From an uncultured Rhodospirillales bacterium (GTDB taxonomy: Bacteria > Pseudomonadota > Alphaproteobacteria > CAZCBM01): 59,420 bases of DNA. Shown piece by piece: positions 37,197-46,951 of the stretch. The position numbers and the translations under genes are program-made. The stretch lies in contig CAZCBM010000001.1 of NCBI GenBank assembly GCA_964496805.1, positions 1-59,420 of the forward strand, given 5' to 3'. Every line of letters starts with the position of its first letter. The first letter of the stretch is position 1. Below the pieces are notes generated by a model. It saw only the letters and a program-made list of their open reading frames with translations, was not told the DNA's origin and ran no database searches.

Positions 37197-37964
37197 TCAG
37201 GCCGTTACCGGCTCAAGCCGGGCCATCGCACCCATGTCGCTCACGCCTGTGACGACGGCATCGGCGACGGTTGTTAGGGTCGCCAAGTCGGGTCCCCGCA
37301 ACACCACCCGCGCGCCCCCTTTCTCCCCATCGAAGAACGGATAACTGCCGATGGCAATGGTGGGGTTGGCGTCTTGCAGCGCCCCCAGCAAGGCCGCGAT
37401 TTTCGATTCTGCGATCAGGCAGGTCACGGTGAGGGATTGCAGCACCAGCCCCCCTGCCAGATGATCTGCCAGGCCAAGGAACATGGCGTTCATGATCTTG
37501 GGCACGCCCGCCATCACATGGACATTGCCCAGGATGAACCCCGGGGCGCCACTGACGGGATTGTCAATCAGACGCGCACCGGCCGGGATGTTGGCCATGC
37601 GAAGCCGTGCTTCTGTCAACTCCCCCGGCGGATAGTGGGCCTCCAGACGCGCCACCGCTTCCGGATTGCGCTCCAGGGCGACGCCGAAGGCGCGGGCGAT
37701 GGCCTCCGCGGTGATGTCATCATGGGTGGGACCGATGCCACCGGTGGTGAAAACATAGGTATAGGTCGCCGAAAGCGCCCGCACCGCCTCCCCAATTTGA
37801 TCGAAATCGTCCCGCACCACCCGCATCTCATGGACCTGGATGCCACGCTGCCCCAACTCGGTCGCAAGCCATCCCATGTTCTTGTCGGCCGTGCGGCCAG
37901 AGAGAACCTCGTCGCCGATGACCAGAACAGCGGCGGTGATGAGATCAGCGGGGGTATCGGTCAT
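37197..37964 (-). CDS. CinA-like molybdopterin-binding (MoCF_BD) domain protein
   Basis: Start moved to ATG 37964 (MTDTPADLITAAVLVIGDEVLSGRTADKN...TTGGIGPTHDDIT). The upstream part of ORF 37197..38285 is repeat-derived. Confidence 0.8.
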   Translation of the reverse strand: MTDTPADLITAAVLVIGDEVLSGRTADKNMGWLATELGQRGIQVHEMRVVRDDFDQIGEAVRALSATYTYVFTTGGIGPTHDDITAEAIARAFGVALERNPEAVARLEAHYPPGELTEARLRMANIPAGARLIDNPVSGAPGFILGNVHVMAGVPKIMNAMFLGLADHLAGGLVLQSLTVTCLIAESKIAALLGALQDANPTIAIGSYPFFDGEKGGARVVLRGPDLATLTTVADAVVTGVSDMGAMARLEPVTA

Positions 37965-37985
37965 GGTTGGGTGTCCGGGGGTGGC

Positions 37986-38057
37986 GTTGGCGGTGCCGAC
38001 AGGGTGGCCGTTGGCGGTGCCGACAGGGTGGCCGTTGGCGGTGCCGACAGGGTGGCA
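37986..38057. repeat. 24-bp tandem repeat x3 (GTTGGCGGTGCCGACAGGGTGGCC)
   Basis: Two perfect copies and one copy with a single change, followed by a partial fourth. It lies in the divergent cinA-like/sfsA intergenic region. Confidence 0.9.
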
Positions 38058-38145
38058 TTGGCGGCGCTGAGTCGGTAGCCCGAACGCCGGTCGCTGGCAA
38101 GCGCCTGTGCCGCTGTCCCTTTTGACTCTTTGCCCATGATGGACC

Positions 38146-38883
38146 ATGCCTATGGAGTTCCCGCACCCGCTGCTGCCCGCAACCCTTGTGCGCCGGTACA
38201 AGCGCTTTCTGGCTGACATTCGCCTGGAGGATGGGACGGAGGCCACAGCCCATTGCCCTAATTCCGGGGCGATGTTGGGGCTCAATGCGCCCGGATCGCG
38301 CGTCTGGGTGGCGGATCATCGCGGCGATCCCAAACGCAAGCTTCCCTTCGCCCTGGAGCTGGTGGAGGCGGACGGGGGACCGGTGGGCATCAATACCATG
38401 ATGCCCAATCGCCTGGTGGCCGAAGCCCTGGCTGCCAACCTGTTGGATGAGTTCGGTGCCCCAACCAAGGTCCGCCGGGAGGTTCCCTATGCTGAGCGCT
38501 CGCGGGTTGACTTTCTGTTGGAACGCGATGGGGAAAAGCCGCTGTACCTGGAAATCAAGAATGTCCATCTGCGCCGGCCGGAGCGAGGGGATGGTCTGGA
38601 TGCCGAGTTCCCCGATTGCGTTACCGCGCGAGGCGCCCGCCACATGGCCGATCTGGCCCACGTGGCGCAGGCTGGGGAGGCGGACGCCGCCCTGCTGTTC
38701 GTGGTGCAGCGGACGGATTGCCAGCGTGTCCGTCTGGCGCAAGACTTGGACCCCGGCTATGCCGCCGCCTTCGCGGCAGCCCGTGCCGCAGGGGTTGCAG
38801 CCTATGCCCGCGCGTGCGACATCAGCCCCTCAGGAATCAGCTTGGCTGCGCCGCTGCCGGTTCTCGACCCCCTCCCCATCTGA
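38146..38883 (+). CDS. sfsA: sugar fermentation stimulation protein A
   Basis: LLPATLVRRYKRFLADIRLEDGTEATAHCPNSGAMLG...YLEIKNVHL. Confidence 0.9.
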   Translation: MPMEFPHPLLPATLVRRYKRFLADIRLEDGTEATAHCPNSGAMLGLNAPGSRVWVADHRGDPKRKLPFALELVEADGGPVGINTMMPNRLVAEALAANLLDEFGAPTKVRREVPYAERSRVDFLLERDGEKPLYLEIKNVHLRRPERGDGLDAEFPDCVTARGARHMADLAHVAQAGEADAALLFVVQRTDCQRVRLAQDLDPGYAAAFAAARAAGVAAYARACDISPSGISLAAPLPVLDPLPI

Positions 38884-38901
38884 GACAAAGGCCCCACGAC
38901 C

Positions 38902-39747
38902 GTGGACGAAGACGACGACCCCCGCCAGATCCCCATCCACACGGCTGAGGACTTTGCCGGCATGCACAAGGCCGGTGCCCTGGCGGCCCGTATCCTGGAC
39001 GAGATCACGCCCTTTGTTCAGCCGGGCGTGACCACCGCCAGCCTGGATCAGCGCATTGCGGAGATGGTGCAGGATGCCGGTGCCGTTGCGGCGACCCTGG
39101 GCTATCAGGGTCCCCCGGGGGTCATGCCCTATCCGGCCTCCAGCTGCATCAGCCTCAACCATGTGGTTTGCCATGGCATCCCAAGCGACAAGAAGCTGGC
39201 GGACGGCGATATCCTGAATATCGACGTCACACCCATCGTGGATGGATGGCATGGGGACACCAGCCGGATGTATCTGGTGGGGGATGTGCCCATCAAGGCC
39301 CAGCGACTGGTGGACGTCACCTATGAGTGCCTCATGCGGGGCATTGCTGTGGTCCGACCCGGTGCCACCACCGGCGACATCGGCCACGCCATTCAAACCC
39401 ATGCGGAGAGCCACCGGTTCAGTGTGGTCCGGCAGTTCGTCGGCCACGGGCTTGGCCGCAAGTTCCATACGGCCCCCCAGGTCAAGCATTTCGGCCGTCC
39501 CGGCGAAGGCACCGTCTTGAAGGCGGGGATGTTCTTCACCATCGAGCCGATGATCAACGCCGGTGGCTGGGGTGTGAAGACCCTGCGCGATGGCTGGACA
39601 GCGGTGACCCGTGACCGATCCCTGTCAGCTCAGTTTGAGCATTCCATCGGCGTGACGGAGACGGGGTACGAGATCTTTACCGCCTCGCCGGCGGGCTACA
39701 CCCGTCCCCCCTATGTGGCGTCGGCCTCCGTAGCGGCGTCGGGCTGA
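38902..39747 (+). CDS. map: type I methionine aminopeptidase
   Basis: VCHGIPSDKKLADGDILNIDVT, GHGLGRKFH and FTIEPMIN motifs. GTG start. Confidence 0.9.
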   Translation: MDEDDDPRQIPIHTAEDFAGMHKAGALAARILDEITPFVQPGVTTASLDQRIAEMVQDAGAVAATLGYQGPPGVMPYPASSCISLNHVVCHGIPSDKKLADGDILNIDVTPIVDGWHGDTSRMYLVGDVPIKAQRLVDVTYECLMRGIAVVRPGATTGDIGHAIQTHAESHRFSVVRQFVGHGLGRKFHTAPQVKHFGRPGEGTVLKAGMFFTIEPMINAGGWGVKTLRDGWTAVTRDRSLSAQFEHSIGVTETGYEIFTASPAGYTRPPYVASASVAASG

Positions 39748-39752
39748 CGCGG

Positions 39753-40478
39753 ATGGCGCGCGGGGGTCGTGATCTGTTGGGGGAGGCGGCCGCGGCGCCT
39801 CCGGAAGACAAGCATTATCACGGTCATCGCCAACGCTTGCGGGCCCGCTTTCTGGAGCACGGCGCGGACAGTTTCGCCGACTATGAATTGCTGGAATTAT
39901 TGCTGTTCATGGCCGTGCCGCGGCGGGACATCCGCCCGTTGGCCAAGCAGTTGATCGCCCAGTTCGGTGATTTTGCTGGTGTCTGTACCGCCCCGCCGGA
40001 GCGGTTGATGCAGGTGGCCGGGATCAGCGAGGCGGCAGCGGCGGCGATCAAAACCGTGCAGGCCTCGGCCATCCGTCTGAGCCGCCAGCAGGCCCGCCAG
40101 GGACCGGTGATCAGCAACTGGCAGGGCCTTCTGGACTATTGCCACACGGCCATGGCCCACGAGCCAGTGGAGCAGTTCCGGGTGCTGTTTCTCGACAAGA
40201 AGAACCGGATCATCGCCGATGAGGTGCAGGGACAGGGCACCGTGGACCAGACCCCTGCCTATCCTCGGGAGGTCATGAAGCGGGCGTTGGAATTGGGCGC
40301 CACCGCCTTGGTCCTGGTTCACAATCACCCATCCGGCGACCCAACGCCCTCAAAGGCAGACATCGCCTTGACCAAGGACATCGTGCAGGCCGCCCGCCCC
40401 TTTGACATCGTCATCCATGACCATCTGATCATTGCCCGGTCCGGCCACGAAAGCCTGAAAGCTTTGGGCGTGATGTAA
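39753..40478 (+). CDS. radC: RadC-family JAB domain protein
   Basis: HGHRQRLRARFLEHG...YELLELLLF... and LVHNHPSGDPTPSKADIALT (JAMM motif). Confidence 0.9.
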   Translation: MARGGRDLLGEAAAAPPEDKHYHGHRQRLRARFLEHGADSFADYELLELLLFMAVPRRDIRPLAKQLIAQFGDFAGVCTAPPERLMQVAGISEAAAAAIKTVQASAIRLSRQQARQGPVISNWQGLLDYCHTAMAHEPVEQFRVLFLDKKNRIIADEVQGQGTVDQTPAYPREVMKRALELGATALVLVHNHPSGDPTPSKADIALTKDIVQAARPFDIVIHDHLIIARSGHESLKALGVM

Positions 40479-40599
40479 CACCCGATGGGGGAACGGGATC
40501 GGCTCCCCTTGCCCCCATGCCATGATCGGGGCATGGAGGGATCGTAGCCCCTGAACCCTTCCGCCCTGAACCCGTCCGCCCTGATGCGATGGCGCCCCC

Positions 40600-41373
40600 A
40601 TGATTGAGACTGCTGCAACCCTTGGGGCGATGCTGCTGCCCGCGGTGACGTGGCTGGCCTATGGTTACTTCGCCGGTCGGTGGGAGCGGTCCCGCCCGTC
40701 TTTGTCGTCGATCATGGATCATCACCGGGGCCGGTGGGCCCTGTCCTTGCCAGGACGATCTGCCTTGCCCTTCGATGCCATTCTGATCGGCAACATCATG
40801 CGGTCGGTCGGGTTCTTTGCCTCCACAACGGTCCTGGTTTTGTTGGCCCTGGGGGCGTATCTGGGGGAGATACAGCGCCAGGGACGGGCGGCGGTTGCGG
40901 CGGTTGGGCCCCTGGCACCCGGGCCGAACGCCGCTGGTCTGGACGTCCCCGCACAGTGGGCTGAGGCCCATGTGGGGCTGCTGATCGTCATGATGGCGGT
41001 GGTGTTCCTGAAGTTCGTCACCTCACTGCGCCAGTACAATCACCTGTGCATCCTCTGGGGCTCCATCTCCGGGCGGGAGGCTGGCGATGACGAGGGGCTG
41101 AGCGAGGAACTAAACCTCGCCCAGCGTATCCATGCGCGGGCAGCACGCAGCTTCAATGCCGGTGTCCGGGGCTGTGTCATGAGCGGGGCCGCCATGACGT
41201 GGCGCATTGATCCGTTGGTGGCCGTTGCTGTCAGCCTGGGCGCCATCGGGTTGCTGATCCAGATTGAGTTCTCCGGCAGCTACCTGAAGGATCTGCAACT
41301 GCGCGGAAGGGCGCCGCGGCCGCCTCAAGACACCGCTCAGAAGCCAACGCAACGGCCAGAGGACACCCCGTAG
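40600..41373 (+). CDS. DUF599-like integral membrane protein
   Basis: About 4 TM helices, with SSIMDHHRGRWALSL after TM1. Family assignment is from memory. Confidence 0.5.
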   Translation: MIETAATLGAMLLPAVTWLAYGYFAGRWERSRPSLSSIMDHHRGRWALSLPGRSALPFDAILIGNIMRSVGFFASTTVLVLLALGAYLGEIQRQGRAAVAAVGPLAPGPNAAGLDVPAQWAEAHVGLLIVMMAVVFLKFVTSLRQYNHLCILWGSISGREAGDDEGLSEELNLAQRIHARAARSFNAGVRGCVMSGAAMTWRIDPLVAVAVSLGAIGLLIQIEFSGSYLKDLQLRGRAPRPPQDTAQKPTQRPEDTP

Positions 41374-41477
41374 AGCGTAGGACCCCAGAGTGGCAACGCC
41401 ACGGAGGGAACCATCCGAGCGTCCACCAACAAGCTACAGCCGGGGGGCCGATTCCAAATCGGTGTCCACTGCTGTAG
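41371..41477 (+). repeat. structured intergenic element, copy B (~107 nt)
   Basis: Aligns along its whole length with 20172..20277. It starts at the stop codon of the preceding gene and ends 8 nt before the stop of the convergent hydrolase gene. Confidence 0.7.
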
Positions 41478-41484
41478 CCATCGC

Positions 41485-42633
41485 TCAGCCGGTCAAACGC
41501 GCCCGCCACCGCTGGACTAAGCGTCCACCGCTGGGGCTTTGCTCGCTTGGCTGGACCACCGGACCCAACAGACCCCGGATCATCTCCCTGGCCAACAGGG
41601 CGTAGTAGGGCTCATCCCGTCCGGCCATGTGGAAGCCCACATGGCCCCCCGCTTGGGTCATCACCACCTGCACCGAGGCATTGCTCAAGGTGGCAGCCTC
41701 ATGATGGGCATGGGGCGGTATCCAGGGATCATCCTCCGCATGCAGAATGACACTGGGAATGCGAATGTCTGGCAACAGGGCGAGGCTGGAATAGGCGTCA
41801 TACAGGGCCTCTGCTGAGGGATGCCCGGTGCGCCAGGCACTGACCTCCCGGTCCCAGTCCAGCACTGTCTTGGCGCCGTCGGCCCGCGCCACCAGTTCTG
41901 GATCCACGTCCCGAATGGCCCGAACCTCCTTGCGGGCATCGCGCAGAAGTGCCTGCTCATAGACTTGGTTGCGGCGCTCCGACAGGCTTTGACTGGCATC
42001 ACGAATGCGCAAGGGCGGGCTGACGCTCAGCACCGCCCGCACGACACTGGGCCGGCTTGCCTGCTCGCCCGCCCATTTCAGGGCCACATTGCCACCCATG
42101 GAAAAGCCCACCAGCAAGACACCGTCCCGCGCCGCCTCCCCCTGTAACTGATCCAGCACGCGGCAGATGTCATCGGTCTTGCCGCCATGATAGAGCACGC
42201 GGCACAGCCCCATGGATTGTCCGGCGCCGCGCTGGTTGAGGCGCAGGACCCTGACCCCTTTGGCCGTCAGATAGCGGGAGAGCAGGCGCATGTAGTAGCT
42301 GTCGGCCACCCCGGTGACCCCATGCAGGGCCACCACCAGCGGGGTCCGTGGCCGACGCTGGCGCGGCTGATCCAGCAGCCCCACCATCTGGTCGCCGGTG
42401 CCGTCATTCATGGGGAAATGCAGCGTGCGCGCGGCTTGACCGGGGAAGGGTCGCTTGCTGCCAAAGATGAAGTTCTTGAGCGTCTGCAAGTCGCCCCCCC
42501 GCCAAGGCCACCGCGGCTCAAACGCTGGCAATGGATCCAGCGGCAGGCTCAGGGGTGCCAAGCGGGCACCATCGGCGATGGCACTGGGGGACACGACACG
42601 GGCCTCCTCACGATCCAATCCACGAAGATACAA
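41485..42633 (-). CDS. alpha/beta hydrolase (YheT-like)
   Basis: VVALHGVTGVADSYYMR, GFSMGGN nucleophile elbow and a C-terminal H motif. Start uncertain: TTG 42633 or GTG 42597. Confidence 0.75.
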   Translation of the reverse strand: MYLRGLDREEARVVSPSAIADGARLAPLSLPLDPLPAFEPRWPWRGGDLQTLKNFIFGSKRPFPGQAARTLHFPMNDGTGDQMVGLLDQPRQRRPRTPLVVALHGVTGVADSYYMRLLSRYLTAKGVRVLRLNQRGAGQSMGLCRVLYHGGKTDDICRVLDQLQGEAARDGVLLVGFSMGGNVALKWAGEQASRPSVVRAVLSVSPPLRIRDASQSLSERRNQVYEQALLRDARKEVRAIRDVDPELVARADGAKTVLDWDREVSAWRTGHPSAEALYDAYSSLALLPDIRIPSVILHAEDDPWIPPHAHHEAATLSNASVQVVMTQAGGHVGFHMAGRDEPYYALLAREMIRGLLGPVVQPSEQSPSGGRLVQRWRARLTG

Positions 42634-43483
42634 TGTGCATCTGGCTGTGATCCATCAAGGCAGGGGCATGGCCGCAGCCTGCAATTTCAGCGATCGTTGC
42701 CGGCTCACCCGTTTTGGCTCCGACCATCTCCCGGGCGACTTCCGCGGGCAGCAGGTCACTGTCCTCGCCCCGCAGAATCAGGGTCGGTGCCTGGATCGCT
42801 TGCCAGAGGGGCCCAAGGTCCAGATCGGTGTTGCCGTTGGGCTGGATCGCCGCCCCTATGGCCGGATCATAGTGCAGACCCCAGCCCTGCCCCTGCGGGC
42901 GGACTGACGTCTCAGCCAGGTGTCGCCATTGGGCGTCACTCAGGGCACCAAACGGGGCATGAACCCGCCGCAGGTGGGCCTCCACCTCTGCCATGCTGTC
43001 GAACCGCTGGGGCGCGGCCTGCATGTAGGCCCCGATCCGATCCAGGGCTGCCGCCGGGATCACCGACCCCACATCGTTGATCACCAACCGCCGCACGGGG
43101 CTGAGCGGGTCAGCGGCCAGGACAAAAGCGATCAGCCCGCCCATGGAGGTTCCCACCCAGTCCACTTCGGTCAGCCCAAACGCGTTGAGCATATTCACGA
43201 TGTCGGCGGCATACTGGCCAGGATGGTAGTGCTGGGGATCGCGCAGCCAATCGCTGCCCCCGCGCCCCACCATATCCGGGCACAGCACCCGCCGCCCCTG
43301 CCCGGCCAGATGGGCCGCCAGAGCATCAAAGTCCCGTCCCGTGCGGGTCAGCCCATGCACGCACACCACCGGTGGCAATTCAGGCCCTGCGGTGCACACG
43401 GGCTCGTGAACATGGACGTTCAGGCGATGCAGGCCAGCCGGGCTGGAACAGAGGACGGAACGGGTATAGGTTTCGTTGGACAT
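42608..43483 (-). CDS. alpha/beta hydrolase
   Basis: VVCVHGLTRTGRDFD, GTSMGG, GCGHAP. Start at ATG 43483 or 43510. Confidence 0.75.
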   Translation of the reverse strand: MSNETYTRSVLCSSPAGLHRLNVHVHEPVCTAGPELPPVVCVHGLTRTGRDFDALAAHLAGQGRRVLCPDMVGRGGSDWLRDPQHYHPGQYAADIVNMLNAFGLTEVDWVGTSMGGLIAFVLAADPLSPVRRLVINDVGSVIPAAALDRIGAYMQAAPQRFDSMAEVEAHLRRVHAPFGALSDAQWRHLAETSVRPQGQGWGLHYDPAIGAAIQPNGNTDLDLGPLWQAIQAPTLILRGEDSDLLPAEVAREMVGAKTGEPATIAEIAGCGHAPALMDHSQMHIVSSWIGS

Positions 43484-43576
43484 TGCTTTCCCATTTTCAG
43501 CACCCATCATCGGCTTGCCACCCCTGACGGGTCGCGCCTAGACTGTCTACCGTCCTCTTTGATCACCGGAGCCCTC

Positions 43577-44341
43577 ATGTCCGCGATTACCGGCAAAGTC
43601 ACGCAGCTGGTGAATTTTTACCGCTCCAGCGCCTTGCCGTGCCCCTACATCCTTGGCCAACTGGAACGCAAGTTGTTCACCCGGCTGCCGGGGCAGGATG
43701 TGGATAACCTGAATGGCAGCCTGACCGTTGGCGGTTTCCGCCGGTCTCACGAGTTTGTCTACCGGCCCATTTGCGATCATTGCTCCGCCTGCAAGCCCGT
43801 TCGCATTCGTGCGGAGGCCTTTGCGCCGTCCCGCAACGTCAGGCGTCTGTTCAAGAAGAATGCCGACCTAGTGATGCGCGAAGCGCCCTGTGTGCCCACG
43901 AGCGAGCAGTATCGGCTGTTCGCCCGATATCAGGCCCGGCGTCATGGGGACGGGGACATGGCCAGCATGGGCCCGGAAGACTATGCGGCCATGATCCGCG
44001 AAGGCAGCGAGCATTCGTCCCTGATGGAGTGGCGGTTGGGGGAGGCGCTGGTGGCAGTGATCCTGATCGACCATGTGGAGGGGGGCATCTCCGCTGTGTA
44101 CAGCTTTTTCGATCCGGCGATGCCCGAACGCTCCCTCGGCCGGCATATGGTGAACGCCTTGGCGCACTGGGCGCGGGAGGAGGGGCTGAGACACGTCTAC
44201 CTTGGCTACTGGATCGCACAGTCCCGCAAAATGGCCTACAAGGCTGAGTTCCAGCCCTTGGAGGTGCTGGAAGGCGGCCATTGGATCCCCTTTGAGGGGA
44301 GCATGGCGCAGCGTGAGAGCCAGGGCGTCGAAACGCGTTGA
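43577..44341 (+). CDS. bpt: arginyl/aspartyl-glutamyl-tRNA--protein transferase (bacterial ATE homologue)
   Basis: ATG 43577 inside ORF 42920..44341. LPCPYILGQLERK, GFRRSHEFVYRPICDHCSACKPVRI, YLGYWI. Confidence 0.85.
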   Translation: MSAITGKVTQLVNFYRSSALPCPYILGQLERKLFTRLPGQDVDNLNGSLTVGGFRRSHEFVYRPICDHCSACKPVRIRAEAFAPSRNVRRLFKKNADLVMREAPCVPTSEQYRLFARYQARRHGDGDMASMGPEDYAAMIREGSEHSSLMEWRLGEALVAVILIDHVEGGISAVYSFFDPAMPERSLGRHMVNALAHWAREEGLRHVYLGYWIAQSRKMAYKAEFQPLEVLEGGHWIPFEGSMAQRESQGVETR

Positions 44342-44569
44342 ATTGTCCCACCGACCTGGCGTAGGGTCGCAGCCATCGGACGCCCAAAAATAGGGCTCCG
44401 CGGTCTGGTTTGACCCTGGGCCGAGCAGCGTTCTGCGCTGTCACCGGGCGGAACAAAACCGCTCACCAAGAGGGCTCACCAGAAGACCTCAACGAACAGG
44501 AAACGGTTTGTGGCCCATACACGGGCCCGCCAACCGGCCCCATCAAGATTTCTAGGGAGAAGACGATCA

Positions 44570-45673
44570 ATGAAGCGTCGTAATCTGCTCAAGGGCGGTG
44601 CCATTGCTGGCGCTGCCGTCGCCGCGGCCAGCAGCTTTCCGGCCCCGGCCATCAGCCAGGGCATCAAGCAGTGGCGTCTGGTTACCACTTGGCCCAAGCG
44701 CTTCCCGATCCTGGGCACCGGCGCCGAGCTGGTGGGGGAGCTGATCACCAAAGCCTCCGGCGGCCGCCTGGAAGTCCAGGTCTTCGGTGCGGGTGAGATC
44801 GTCCCGGCCTTTGAAGCCATCGACGCCGTTGCCAATGGGACAGTCGAGATGGGCCATGGCGCCCCCTACTACTGGAAGGGGAAGGTGCCTGCGGCGCAGT
44901 ACATCGCCGCCATGCCGTTTGGCCTGCTGGCGCAGGAGTTAAACGCTTGGTTTGAATTCGGTGGTGGCCAGGAGCTGGCTGACGAAGTTTACGCCGAGAT
45001 GGGGTGCAAGTTCTTCCCCGCCGGCAACACCGGCGTCCAGATGGGCGGCTGGTACAACAAAGAGATGAACACCATCGACGACTACCAGGGCCTGAAGCTG
45101 CGCATGCCGGGCCTGGGCGGCGAAGTGGCCAAGCTGGCCGGTGCCACCGTGATCAACCTGCCGGGCGGTGAACTGCTGGGCGCCATGTCCAGCGGCACCA
45201 TCGACGCCATGGAGTGGGTGGGCCCGTACAACGACTATAGCTTCGGCATCCACAAGGTTGCCCAGTACTACTACTACCCGGGCTGGCACGAACCGGGCAC
45301 CTGCCTGGACTGCTTCATCAATCTGGAAGCCTACAACAGCCTGGACGACGACCTGAAAGAGATCGTCGCCATGGCCAACAAGATCGCCAACGCCACCGTG
45401 CTGTCCGAGAGCGTTGCCCGGAACAATGAGTTCCTGACCAAACTGACCCAAGAAGAGGGCGTGGACCTGCGTCGCTTCAGCGATGGTATCCTGACCTCCC
45501 TCGGGGGCTTGGCCGGCACCTACCTGTCCGAGCAGATGGCCGCTGATCCGCTGTCCCGCAAAGTTGGCGAGAGCCTGGTGAAGTTCCGGGAGGAAGCCCG
45601 GGCCTGGACCGGCCTCAGCGAGGAGCCCATGGCCGCCGCGCGCGCCCTGGACTTCAAATACGTCCAGCTTTGA
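44570..45673 (+). CDS. TRAP transporter substrate-binding protein (DctP family), Tat signal
   Basis: ATG 44570 with GGGAGA upstream. MKRRNLLKGGAIAGAAVAAASSFPAPAISQG. DctP-family pattern. No dctQ/dctM genes are adjacent. Confidence 0.8.
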   Translation: MKRRNLLKGGAIAGAAVAAASSFPAPAISQGIKQWRLVTTWPKRFPILGTGAELVGELITKASGGRLEVQVFGAGEIVPAFEAIDAVANGTVEMGHGAPYYWKGKVPAAQYIAAMPFGLLAQELNAWFEFGGGQELADEVYAEMGCKFFPAGNTGVQMGGWYNKEMNTIDDYQGLKLRMPGLGGEVAKLAGATVINLPGGELLGAMSSGTIDAMEWVGPYNDYSFGIHKVAQYYYYPGWHEPGTCLDCFINLEAYNSLDDDLKEIVAMANKIANATVLSESVARNNEFLTKLTQEEGVDLRRFSDGILTSLGGLAGTYLSEQMAADPLSRKVGESLVKFREEARAWTGLSEEPMAAARALDFKYVQL

Positions 45674-45727
45674 TCTGAAGCGGACCTACCCTGCCCCACC
45701 GGCGCAGGCTTTCAACACTTCTGTCAA

Positions 45728-45754
45728 GGGCAGCCCCGCTGGGGCTGCCCTTTT
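45728..45754 (+). terminator. rho-independent terminator after the TRAP binding-protein gene
   Basis: GGGCAGCCCC-GCT-GGGGCTGCCC followed by TTTT. Confidence 0.75.
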
Positions 45755-45880
45755 CCTGGATCCGACCTCGTTCCGGCTGCCATGGCGCCAGGGAACTAGA
45801 GAATCGGGGGACCATAGCCGGAAGGGTCAACGCAATCGGATGATCCCCTCCGTGGCGGTGCCACTTCAGGGTCCGACGCT

Positions 45881-46762
45881 CTACGCGCCGCCTTGCCAAT
45901 CCATGCGCTGGCAGAGCTTGACAAAGAAGTCCACGACAGGGGTGTGGCGACGACCACGCCGGGTGACGACGGAGACCGTTCGGCTGATCGGCGGCTGGCT
46001 CAGGGGGCGATGGCGCAACTGCGGGTTCACGGCCAGACTGGCCGGCATGATGGCGCACCCCAACCCCGCGACCACCATGGCCTGGACCCAGCTTTCGTGC
46101 TCGCTCTCAAACCGATGCTCAGTGCCATTGTGGTAAGCGAAGCCGGCGCTTTCGAAGAAATCCAGGTACTCGCAATTGATCCGCTTGAGGTAGCGCTCCC
46201 CGCGAAGGTCTTCGATCCCGACTTGTTCCATGGCCTCAAAGCGATGCCCAGCAGGGAAGGTGATGACATAGCTTTCCTGAAAAAGCGGCTGGGCACTGAG
46301 CGTGTCTGGATAGGTGGGTAGGGCCACCAGGGCCACGTCGATGTCGCCGGCCTCCAGCAGATGGATCAGGCGCGCGCCGGGTGCCTCGCGCAGGCTGAGG
46401 TTCAATTGCGGTGCCTGGCGGCTGAAATACTCGATCAACCCGATCATGCTGTCCGGTGCGATGGTGCACATGCACCCCAAGGTCAGTTTGGCGTTGACCA
46501 TGGCCGAGAAATCCAACGCCTCCGTCTTTGCCGCTTCGGTCAGCGAATATGCCTGCTCAAGACGCGGACGCACCATTCGCCCCAGTTCGGTCAGGTGGGT
46601 TTGCCGGCCCTCCCGACGAAACAGCGGCCCTCCCAACTCCTGTTCCAATTTCTGGATGGCTCGCGTCAGGGAGGGTTGGGTGACGTTGCACGCTTCCGCC
46701 GCGCGGGTGAAGTTCAGGCAATCAATCACGGCCAGGAAATAGCGGATTTGATGCATTTCCAT
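45881..46762 (-). CDS. LysR-family transcriptional regulator
   Basis: Start moved to ATG 46762 (MEMHQIRYFLAVIDCLNFTRAAEACNVTQPSLTRAIQKLEQELG). Confidence 0.9.
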   Translation of the reverse strand: MEMHQIRYFLAVIDCLNFTRAAEACNVTQPSLTRAIQKLEQELGGPLFRREGRQTHLTELGRMVRPRLEQAYSLTEAAKTEALDFSAMVNAKLTLGCMCTIAPDSMIGLIEYFSRQAPQLNLSLREAPGARLIHLLEAGDIDVALVALPTYPDTLSAQPLFQESYVITFPAGHRFEAMEQVGIEDLRGERYLKRINCEYLDFFESAGFAYHNGTEHRFESEHESWVQAMVVAGLGCAIMPASLAVNPQLRHRPLSQPPISRTVSVVTRRGRRHTPVVDFFVKLCQRMDWQGGA

Positions 46763-46816
46763 CGGGCTTGGTCTCCGGCGGGTCACGGGCAATAACGCTG
46801 GCATAGCAGGCGCGTG

Positions 46817-46852
46817 ATGGGCGATCCCATGCCTTTGAGCTATCGATCCCAT
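46817..46852. promoter_or_regulatory. candidate LysR operator (palindrome ATGGGCGATCCCAT plus second CGATCCCAT half-site)
   Basis: The palindrome is at 46817-46830. CGATCCCAT repeats 22 bp downstream (46844-46852). The site lies in the divergent LysR/cupin intergenic region. Confidence 0.3.
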
Positions 46853-46951
46853 AGCCTGCGGTGACTTCCTCTCCTGCTCACTTCCTGGCCATGTCTGCGC
46901 ATCCGGCCAGCAGGCGGTCGGTCCCCTTTTCAGAAGCAGGAGTGCCCCACC

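Noticed and set aside
37986-38057. Tandem repeats at 15893, 16630, 29894, 37986 and 57578 as CRISPR arrays.
   Set aside because: The units are directly adjacent with no spacers. They are short (12-24 bp, or a 20-nt unit at a 27-nt period), occur in 2-5 copies, and no cas genes are present.
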